A stretch of DNA of 63,806 nt, the filler included, from Collodictyon triciliatum (taxonomy: Eukaryota): NCBI GenBank assembly GCA_043381765.1. It is 6 parts of 6 records of this genome, joined end to end, with 100 filler letters (N's around TTAATTAATTAA, not from the genome) between each part and the next. Parts side by side here need not be neighbours in the genome. Positions count along the whole stretch, not along the records: positions 1 to 18,904 come from JBHJMP010001327.1; 5 more parts are not named here. One strand, 5' to 3'. Below are positions 1 to 10,600 of this stretch, in pieces. Positions within the stretch are counted from its first letter, which is position 1, and each line of letters opens with the position of its first letter. Below the pieces are notes generated by a model that saw only the letters and a list, made by a program, of their open reading frames with translations, did not search any database and was not told the DNA's origin. Position numbers and translations under genes: made by a program.

Positions 1-98
1 ATTATTATCATTATTATTATCATTATTATTATCATTATTATTATCATTATTATTATCATTATTATTATCATTATTATTATCATTATTATTATTATTAT
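1..98. repeat. (ATTATTATC)n microsatellite
   Basis: Directly visible 9-mer tandem repeat at the window start. Confidence 0.95.
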
Positions 99-134
99 TT
101 ACGCTTTTTGTATGGATTTATCGAACTCGTAGCT

Positions 135-1011
135 ATGCCATCTACGATCGGCGTTCCTACCAATGTGGAAAAAGTTGCAACAGCTAAGGTAAGGCTGGGA
201 AAAGATCCAACAAAATGTGTGAAAAAACTTAAGTGGTATTTACTTATCAGAGCGAAGATGGAAAAGCAGTATGGCAAGCAGATTCCTTTTCTCTCCTTAA
301 TAAACTTGGTACTGGGTAAGGACTATCACCTTTATTTATGAAGAGAAAGTTGCTATTGTTTTGGGTTTTGTTTTCTGTTTTTTGGTTTTTTGTTTTCGGT
401 TTTTTGCTTTCGGTTTTTTGTTTTCGGTTTTTTTGTTTTCGGTTTTTTTGTTTTCGGTTTTTTGTTTTCTGTTTTTGTTCTCGGTTTTTTGTTCTCGGTT
501 TTTTGTTTTTTGTTTTTTGTTCTCGGTTTTTTGTTTTTTGTTTTTTGTTTTTTGTTTTTTGTTTTTTGTAACTATTTATCGCCGATATGTTCGGTGTGAA
601 ATTTTGTACATATGTCATCACTCAGAAAAAATCACGAGATACTTTTCGTTATTTAGTGCTTATGGAGAAGTCTATCGCGCCAGATTGGTTGACAGCCCAA
701 TGGAGTTTGCTATTAAGGTATATTAAGTAATAAATAATAGTCAAGTGATTCAGTTGCACATAAAAATAGATCTTTATATGTTCATTAGCCCCTATATCTT
801 GGTCAATTTTTGGGTAAGAAGTAATCCTTTTAATATCTCTGGTTATTTTTATTTTATGTGTTTATTTATGCATTTATTTGATATTTTGAAGGTGGTAGAT
901 GGTCGCAGAGACTTAACGAATGTTAAAAAAGAGATCGATCTCCTAATCATTTGTATTCATCCGAATATCGTTCAATGCTTTGGGTGTGCATTTAAAGATG
1001 ATTTCTTATGG
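135..1011 (+). CDS. Ste20-like Ser/Thr kinase, 5' part (exons 135-188, 251-315, 657-717, 892-1011; continues into gap)
   Basis: GT-AG splicing gives MPSTIGVPTNVEKVATAK-SEDGKAVWQADSFSLLNKLGTG-AYGEVYRAR...FAIK-VVDG...KKEIDLL..CIHPNIVQCFG...LW, i.e. kinase subdomains I-V. Confidence 0.8.
360..568. repeat. Intronic (TTTTTG/TTTTCGG)n simple repeat
   Basis: Visible; lies within kinase intron 2 and explains the overlapping F/K-rich ORFs. Confidence 0.9.
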
Positions 1012-1277
1012 GTTTGTTTGAATTTATATTGAATTTACATTCCAACTCACGCATCTTCAGTTTTTCTCTTTTTTTCNNNNNNNNNNNNNNNNNNNNNNNN
1101 NNNNNNNNNNNNNNNNNNNNNNNNNNNNNNNNNNNNNNNNNNNNNNNNNNNNNNNNNNNNTTTTTTCTTTTTTTCTTTTTTTCTTTTTCTTTTTGAAAAA
1201 AATTATGAGAATCATGCCCCATTATGTAATGTTATGATAAGTACCACCGCACCAATATCAATCTCTTTACAATCCAG

Positions 1278-2268
1278 TGAAGGGCCCAAATCGTCCTCTC
1301 GAACCGCGTCTGCTGCCACATCCACCTCGCCGGCCAACTCGAGCACAAAAAAGCCTGCAGCAGGACCTGTGCAAGCAACACCCGCCGTGGCCAATCTGTT
1401 GGACTTCTCCGACCCGGTTGCATCGGCACCCAAGGCGCAGAAACAGCCGCAGCAAGCACCCGAAGACTTCTTCGCTGCCGTTCAAACAAAACCGGCCAAT
1501 CAAGAAGCCTCATTCTTTGACCCGTTTGCGTCCCAACCGGCCCAGGCTCCCTCTGGTGCCTCGCTGGTCGATGAGTTTGCCAACTTGCGGGTTACCTCAT
1601 CAAATGCCCCGCAGGCATTCGATCCTTTTGGCCCATCAACATACACGCCGTTTTATATGCAACAACAGCAACAACAACAGCCGGACTTTTTTGCGAACAC
1701 AGGAAGCCAGTCATTTTCCTCTGCCCCCCTTGAAAAGGTATTATAGTATGTATCCTGTTAAAACCCTCCGACACGTCAATATTTTACACATAGAAGAAAA
1801 CGAATATGAATGAGCTTTATCAATTTTTTTTATTATGGATCATCCTAGTTTTTTAAATCAATTATCCATTTATCCATTTATTGTATTTCATCCCTCACAT
1901 TCCAAAATCTACCAACTGGGTGCCAGAAAAACGACGGGTTATCCACGCTGCTTAGCACACATGCAAATCTCGTGGACCTGACTCGCCTGGACTCGAAGAA
2001 AAGTCAGCCCACTACCTCAAGCACCCCATCTTCCTCAGTTACCATGTCTTTGTCAGGAAAGCCAATCAACACACAACCACCCATGGCCCAAGCGAATGCA
2101 TACAAAGCCCCAGCATCCACACAATCGTACCAATCCACATATAAGGGACCCGACCCATTCTCCACAATCGACCCGCTGAAGGCTAATCCCCAGCAAAACT
2201 CGGCTGCGCCGGCCTTCTTTGATCCATTTGCATCCAAGCCTTCTGGTGGTTTTGACCCGTTTGCATAA
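1278..2268 (+). CDS. 3' exons of a low-complexity endocytic-adaptor-like protein (epsin/ArfGAP-type tail); exons ~1278-1737 and 1927-2268
   Basis: Multiple DPF/FDPF motifs, LLDF clathrin-box-like motif, LVDL motif; in-frame phase-0 intron 1738-1926; TAA stop. Confidence 0.65.
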
Positions 2269-2500
2269 GAACCCTGACCAGTCGCATACCACGATCAAAT
2301 ACAAATGAATGATACATTCAAAATAATTTCTTTTTTCTTCCATCCACATGGCCTTCCTAGTTTTATTTTTTCATCCGAGTATGTGCTTCTTTGCTTTATT
2401 ATCCGCTTTTCCATTCAAAAGCATTCTTTTTCTCGCATGTGAACGCGATGCGATATTTGGAGGAAAGAAAGAAAGAACTCGATGAGAAAGCGCGGTGGTT

Positions 2501-4180
2501 TTATGGGATGTACTGTCTTTGGACGCTCGTGTTTGATGTAGCAGCTTGAAGGAATTCGTGTATCGCATCGTTGACAGCATGTGGTTTCTCTTCATGAATC
2601 ATGTGTGTCGTGGCTGGTAGGATGAGAAGCTGTGCTCTTTGAAAGGACCGCAGCATTCGGACAGTGTGCTCGATTCGGATGCACTCATCATCCCCAGCTA
2701 TCAAAAGTACCGGTTGTGTAATTTGTCTGATGTCCGCTTCAGTCCACCGCGGTTCGGTGGTCCAAAGCTGTTTGAGTTTCGGACAAACTTGTGTGATGAA
2801 ATAGGATGGGTCATTCCGCGGGTTTAATTGCCGCATCAACTGGAGAGGACCTGTGGTATTCAAGTATATCGAACATGTTTAAATTATGGTGGCTGGGTCA
2901 TATAGTAATCAATTTTTCTATTCGCCTACTGTTTCAAAGACAGGTGTGACGATAAAAAAAAACTTATATGGTCAGGAGTACTAGATACAATACCAAACTC
3001 TGAGTTTGCTCTTTTATTTATTTTATTTTTTTTTGGTTGTTCGTTGTTCGTTGTTTGTTTGTTTGTTTGTATGTTTGTTTGTATGTTTGTTTGATTTGCA
3101 TGTTTTGGATAAAAAAAAATTTTTTTAAAAAAAAGACAAACTATATCGACAGAATAACATTTCAAGGCCAAAGGTATATAATCGTGCTCATTAATAGAAA
3201 AAAGGAAAGAAAAACGAACGTGCCTCCTCCCAGTAGTTTAGTCCAATCACTCTCAGAGGAGCATTCTTGTAGCTCTTGCAGAAACTTGGGTTCCAACCCA
3301 TCCCTATGTCGGGTAAGACATCATGTTATTTTGCGCATATGTTGGCATGGAGAGGGATGGTGAGCAACGAGTCTAAAGTTTTTTTCTGTGCTACTGAAAA
3401 ACACTATGGTACATTACATTTTTTTTCATAGGCTCTTGAATATTATCTGAAAGAGAATGTAAAATCTTTATATTTATACCATTAGTCTATTATATAGGTG
3501 AATTATTGAATCGCATTGGGTATATGTATTGAGGAATCCACCTACGTATGAAAGTTTGCCCCTATCAAAACAAGAGACTTGCATAAACCAGCATTGTGCA
3601 TGGCTAAATGAATTCCAATAATAGCGCCATCGCTCCAGCCAATAACATGGACATGATTAATCTATTTGGGATTGAGGATGTTATTATAATACGTTTTCTT
3701 GATTATGAAGATCATGATTATTAGTTTACCAAGAAGGAGAAAAGTCAGCCGAAATAAATTTAATGTATGTGAGTGAATATAAAAAAGGACATTTTCAAAT
3801 TTATGATAGCTATATGCCTGTAGATAATGAAGTAGATTCGCTACATCCGCAGCAAGAACATCATAAGAGAATGGTACTGCCCTAGAGAAAAGAAAAGAAA
3901 AGAAAAGAAAAGAAAAGAGAGATAAATAATCGAACAACTCATCACATCACTTTTAGAGCACTGGCGTCAGGAGCCACAGGCCCAACCTCACATCATCGCT
4001 TCTACCATGCCCGCGAGTCTCATACGCTACAACGCGGAATGAGTGCCTCAGTCTATCGGCCATCAAAGAGAATGTGGCTATTGTGCTCCCGCCGCCATGG
4101 AGAAGTAGAACTGTCTCGCTGTGGTGGGTGCCGCTTTCCTCGTAGTAGACTCGCAATGGCCCGATCGATGCGTGTGGCAT
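2501..4180 (-). CDS. Alpha/beta-fold hydrolase (BPHL/valacyclovirase-like GWSDG), 5 exons
   Basis: LLLHGGG oxyanion motif, RGHGRS, HVIGWSDGA nucleophile elbow, LLIAGDDE and ATTHMI catalytic Asp/His; exons splice in frame, two probably via GC donors. Confidence 0.88.
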
Positions 4181-4688
4181 GTCTCCCTCAGCGATTCTAT
4201 TAGGCGCAATTCATACATGACTCCCCAGGTTGTGGCAACTTGTTCCAGGGCAAACCGCGCGTGCGAAACGCCAAAGCCAAGGCCAGGACTTGTGTGGCGG
4301 CTCCGCTATGTGCGCGCCCAACAGAAATGTAAGATTGCGGCAAGTGTGTGACAGTCCAAAAAAGAAAAGAAAAGAAAAGAAAAGAATTCTGGACAATCTG
4401 CATCAACCGCGAGGCTCTCAAACTCACAACAGCCTATTAAAATAAATGGCTTCCTTGACATTGCACAATCTACTATGCCAAAGATATTTATTTTATTTGG
4501 TTTGACTTTTATTCTGCGTCCAATGAAGTATCTTCCAGGAAAAAGCGAACCGGCCTGCCGGAAAAAAATATTTTTAAGGACTCAATTATTGATTGTTAAT
4601 TATAATTTGGAAATACTGGATACGCTTAAAAATAAATAGCTTCATTAATTAAGCTTAACTCACTTGATTTTGAAGAAATATCATCATC

Positions 4689-7600
4689 TTAATCATCACC
4701 ATTCTCATCATCATTCTCATCTTCATCGTCATCGTCATCTTCATTCTCATCTTCATTCTCATCTTCTTCATCTTCATCATCATCATCATCTTCATCTTCA
4801 TCATCATCATCATCATCGTCATCTTCATTCTCATCTTCATTCTCATCTTCATCATCATCGTCATCGTCATCGTCATCGTCTTCAGTAGCTTTCTCTCTCC
4901 ACTCTACAGCTTTCTCAATGTCAATCTCAACGCCCCATCCATTCTTAAAGCACTCAGCAACAGCAGCAACAGCCCGTGGATATTTGTACTCTTCTCCTGT
5001 CATTTTACCCAAACTATCCCTAACTGTCTGTTTCATTTCGGCCAGTTCTTTCAAAACATGGAAGGCCATCTTTGAACCTTGTTGTGCTACTCGTTTCAAC
5101 TCTTCGAAATCTAATGACAGTCTTGGAAATGCAATGTGTCTCCAGAGATGGGATCTTTTTGTGTCCTTTTCAACAATCCATCCGTTTTCATAGCACTCAG
5201 CCATCGTATGGGCCTGAAGCTTTGTAAACTGGCCTCGCTTGCAATGAGAAACAAAGTCTGAATCAATAGAAATAGCGCCGATTGAAATTAAAAGGGATTT
5301 GTTGAATTGACTCAATCCTTTGATATTTCTGATTCGAATACATCCACCTTCCAATTTTCTTGGACCGATAATCTGGGCTGTCTTCACATCTTGAATTTTA
5401 TTCGTATCCAACAAGTTTATCACATCGCTTGTTTGGTTGAATACTGCGATGACTTCACCTGGTTTATCTTTCTTGATGAGATATTTTCCTTGTTTGTATG
5501 TCAACTCTGAAGTTTCTAGTCTGTGTCTTTGTTTTCTGGTGGCCATATCCCAAATACATACTGTTTTATCATCACTTGCAGAGGCTAACCAACTCTCACC
5601 ATTCGGCCCTTGGACACTACAAAGGATGTTGACACTGGCTGTATGCCCTTTTAATTTTTTGATTTCGCTTTCGGCGTCTACATCCCAAATACGTATTGTT
5701 TTATCATCACTTGCGGAGGCTAACCAACTCTCACCATTCGGCCCTTGGACACTACAAACACTCATGATGCAGCTCATGTGACCATCTAGTATTTTGAGTT
5801 GCTCCCCTGAATCAACATCCCAAATGAATATGAGATTTTCTCCACTTCCACCACCCGAGGCTAACCAATTTTCTCCATTTGGTCCTTGAATACTGCAAAT
5901 ACACATGATATAACTCATATGTCCATCTAAAGTCTTGATTTCTTCTCCTGTGATTGTGTCCCAAATACGGATTGCATTATCAAAACCTCCAGAAGCCAAC
6001 AAATTTTCTCCATTCGGCCCTGTAAAACTGCAAAGACTAGTGACACCATCAGCGTGACCATCTAGTTTTTTGGTTTGGTTTCCTGTGGCAACATCCCAAA
6101 GACGTATTGTTTCATCTCCACCTCCAGAAGCCAGCCAGTGTTCTCCACTCGGTCCTTGGATACTACAAACACTAGTGAAATAATTTGTATGCCCCTCTAA
6201 TGTTTTGATTTGGTTTCTGGTGACTATATCCCAAATACGTATTGTTTTATCATTACTTCCAGAGGCCAACCAGTTCTCACCATTCGGCCCTTGGATACTG
6301 CAAACTCTTTTGGTGCATTGTGCGTGGCCCTGAAGCGTTTTGATATGATTTTTTGAGGTCATGTCCCAGATACGTATTGTCCCACAATTTTTGCTTGTAT
6401 AATGACCGTTACCGCTTCCAGAAGCCAGCCAGCTTTCACCATTCGGTCCCTGAATATTGCAAATACTACAGACTTCGTCTGTATGTCTTTCAAATATTTT
6501 AATTTGATTCCCTGTGGCTACATCCCAAAGACGTACAGTTTTATCTTCACTTCCAGAAGCCAACCAATTTTCACCATTCGGTCCTTGGACACTGCAAAGA
6601 CACTTAATTTTATTTGTATGGCCTTCTAATGAAGCTATATGTTCTCCTGTGTCTACGTCCCAAATACTTATTGTTTTATCTTCACTTCCAGAGGCCAACC
6701 AATTTTCACCATTCGGTCCTTGGACACTACAAACACACTCAATATTATTTTTATGTCCATCTAGTGTTTTGATCTGATTGCCTGTGGTTACATCCCATAT
6801 GTGTATTGTTTTTTCCTTGACCTTAAGCCCATGAGAAGAAGTGCCTCCAGAAGCTAACCAATTTTCACCGTTTGGTCCTTGAATACTACAAACACCTCTG
6901 ACACTAGCATTTCTATGGCCTTCTAATTTTTTGATTTGTTTTCCTGTGGCTATATCCCAAATACGTATTGTATTATCAGCACTTCCAGAAGCCAGCCACT
7001 GTTCATTACTCGGCCCTTGAATACTGCAAATACTATAAATAGCGCTTGTATGGCCTTTCATGATTTTGATTTGCTTTCCTGTGGCTAAATTCCAAATAAT
7101 TATTGTACTATCCAAACTTCCAGAAGCCAGCCAACGTTCTCCATTTGGTCCTTGAATACTACAAACACTTTTGATACCCTCAGTGTGGCCCTCCAATGTT
7201 TTGATTTGATTTTTTGTGGCTATGTCCCAGATGTGTAATTCGTTATCATCAATACCTCCATATACCAGCCAATTTTCACCATTTGGTCCTTGAATATTGC
7301 AGACACTGCTAATATATCTGGAATGACTTTCTAGCTTATAATGAGGAATTCCAAATTCAGATGTGTTCATATTTGTCTCATCAAAGATACAATCACCAAG
7401 CGCTGAATTTGTGAAATTAACGCCACTCAAGTCGGCACCAGTGAGATTGGCACCATCTAGTATTGCATTGCTGAGATTTGCATTCGGAATTTTAATCTTT
7501 GATAAGTCCATTCCACCAAATGAAACGTTCATGAAATTCAAAAGTGTGATTGCATTAGATGCAGCCTTTGATTTGCTCTCATCACTTTGCGACATGTACA

Positions 7601-10600
7601 CAATCCTGAATAATGATGCCATTATCTGCTCACGATTCCATTCTTCATCCAGTCTTGCATCATCGAGAGTTTCACTGATGAATTCTTTGACTCTTGTAAA
7701 CTCCGCGGGCTCCTTATTGATCTCTATTTTTTCTGCATAGTAAGATAGGTATTCGCATGAGTTTAATGTTCTGGGGTGAACCCATCCAAGTTTATCTACA
7801 AATCTGTTTCTCATATCAGTCCAGAATTCGATTGCCTCATCATATAGCTTATTTTCTTTGCAGTATCTATTTGCTGTCTCACATGCTACCGAGCAGTCCC
7901 AGTTTTCATAGGATGACTTCTCAGCATGTCTAACAGCAGCAGTCTTGTAAAGAAGAATGGTTACTTCATGCTCCATTTTTTCTTCTATCAGCTTTGCGAT
8001 TCTTGTGCATTGTGGACCGTCTTTCAACGAAAAAATTGTCTTTGTCTGATTCCTTGTAATTGTTGCCTTTTGAAAGCAATCAACGCACTGAGCAGAGCTA
8101 AATAAAGAGATTTAAATATTTTTTTTCTTTTTCGTGTTCATCTCTTGTATGAATGAACTTTTCAACACTGAATTGAATAAGGGGGAACGAATTAACTGTT
8201 TAATATTTCCTAATTAGCTAACCAATTACCTCTGTAGTTCAAAATTTGTTCTGCCAACATTCTCGAGGGATGTCGCATAATCCACATGTTTTTCTCCCAG
8301 TGTCCTCTTGCGAATATCGAGAGTCTTTGTGTATGCCTCCAACGCACTCTTAAAGCTAAAATTAAAATATCAAATTTGAATGTAGTATAGAAAAAAATGA
8401 GATATCAAAGTCTCTTCCAATAGGGCACTGCAGCATAGATATACAGTACTATTGATAAATGGATGCATTTGTATTTTTACTCTTTCAAATCATGGCAGAT
8501 GCCTCCAATAAGCTCATAGCAATTGACTACATTTGGATGATTTTCACCAAGTCCATAAATGTAAATATCCAGTGATTGCTTCAGTAAGGATAGGGCTTCA
8601 GTTTTCCTACATGGCATGATATATTTAATTATTTGAGATTTTGGCTCAAATTAAAAAATGGTCGAAAAGCCTTCGTTCTAACTTTCCACTGGCGAGATGA
8701 ACATTCGCGATAAACTGAATGGTTGAAGCAACAGATGCATGATTGGCTCCCAATGATTTCTCCATGATAGACTTTGCTTTTTCGTAGTTCTCAATAGACT
8801 CTTTGTACCTTGGGTATATAATCAATTGAGTCCATTCAAAGAATAAAAATAAAAAAAATAAAAAATATACCAAAGTTTAGATTTATCAAACAAATTACTT
8901 TTTCCCTGCCAGAGAGACATGGCCATAGTTCTGGTACGATGTTGCCACAAGAGGATGCTCGTTTCCAACTTTCTTTTGGCGGATTTCCATGGCCTTTGTG
9001 TATTCAGCCAAAGCTTGCTCAATCCTAGATATAAAAGCATTAGCATATTTGTCATATAGAGTGACTTGACCTGACTGAAACTTTAACTATCTGAACGATT
9101 ACCTTGATTGCTTCACATAGATATCACCGAAGCGGTCATACGACTGAGCTATTTGCAGGTCATTCTCACCCATCAGTTCAATTCTCAGGTTCAATGATTT
9201 CTTGTATTCGTCAAGAGCCTCATCAACCCTATAATTTAGATATTGGTTGAGTGTACATTCCTTTTTGTTGAATTAATTTTTTAAAATCTAGGATGCCTTT
9301 CTCCCTTACTTGTTTTGAAGCTGATATATGAATCCCATTTCCTCGTGAATCGTAGCAATTCTCAGGTTATTATATTCATTTGGTTCAATAGACTCCAGAC
9401 ATTTCTTGTAATGAACCATGGATTCGGTCCAACTGTTGGATTGTGCGTTTTAAAAAAGATATAAAATAGCTGATTATCACATTTTCATTCCTCTTTTTGG
9501 AATTATAATTAAATTTTATGATACTTTCTTCTTTATTTTTCTCTTATTAATTTTTATATTTTTTTTTTACTTTTGGAGGTTCTTGTATACACGGCCAAGA
9601 TTCAAGTAGTCAGCAGCTTTTGCATCTATAAATAAATTTTGATCATTTATACGTTCACTCATTCGTGGTTTTTTTTTGTATAAATATTTAGAGGGTGAAT
9701 AAAATACCTTCTCTTTGATGCTTTCCAAGGCGTATATTAATAACTGACAACAAAAACGAGTTCTCAAAAGATTCCAAGAAAAATTCAACTAATAAATCTC
9801 CCACCTTATTGGTAGCCTAAAATAGATATTTTCAGCGAGTTGTTTCCAATAATGTTACGTTACATGATAAAAAAAAATGCAAAAATAGAAAATTATATAC
9901 ATTCGCCAGAGTTCCATAAACTTCCTTGTAGTTCGCTGCTCCACTTGCGTTGATTGCTCTCCAGCATGTGAAAAATTCGTAGCGATAACGACCGCCAAGC
10001 ATGGTGCTGATTACCTATGAAAAATGAATTAGTGCATATTGACATAATACCTCATAAACAAAAAATACACCAGTCCTAATTTTTAGAACATAAAGACGTT
10101 TACGTGTGTTTGTTTCATATATTCGGCAAGCAAGTCGAATGAATTTCCTTTCAAGAGTTGGTAACATATCTCAGCGGCAAGCTCTTCATCTACATCAACA
10201 GCCTCGGAATACTGCCCAAACAACCATTTTCCGTATTTTTCATGTGATTTTACCATTTCTTGGTTTGTAGAGAAGTAGACTTTTTCGGTGGTCTCCAAAA
10301 GCAGTTGATGGAAGTACATGTATCTATTGAATCCTCAAATTAATAAGTTTTCTTTAAATTAACTAATATTCAGTTATTGTTTTCTTTAGAAAAAATATTT
10401 GAATTAACCTTCCATTTCGCACAAATAGTGACTCGATGAGAGTAAAGAAGAAAGATTTCCTGTGTTAATTGTTTAAAATTATTGATAAAAGAAACATCTG
10501 CAGCGTCAAGAAAAGATATGAAAATCCTATAGTTGAGGGAAATAATTGAACCATTCAGTCAGCTCGAATCTTGCGCCAATCATGTCTTTCATGTACTTGT

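Noticed and set aside
1-98. Telomeric repeat
   Set aside because: It resembles the many other AAT-type microsatellites at contig ends here and lacks a G-rich strand; the same applies to the imperfect (AAAAAACC)n at 57000.
247-726. F/C/K-rich ORFs (also 24465-24802, 36036-36329, 55614-56107, 56850-57196, 62446-62715)
   Set aside because: These are translations of simple repeats in introns or intergenic DNA.
4655-4888. Poly-His and poly-Met ORFs
   Set aside because: Alternative frames or strand of the acidic-tail repeat.
5545-7335. CRISPR-like repeat-spacer appearance
   Set aside because: The repeats are in-frame coding WD40 units in a spliced eukaryotic gene; no cas genes are present.
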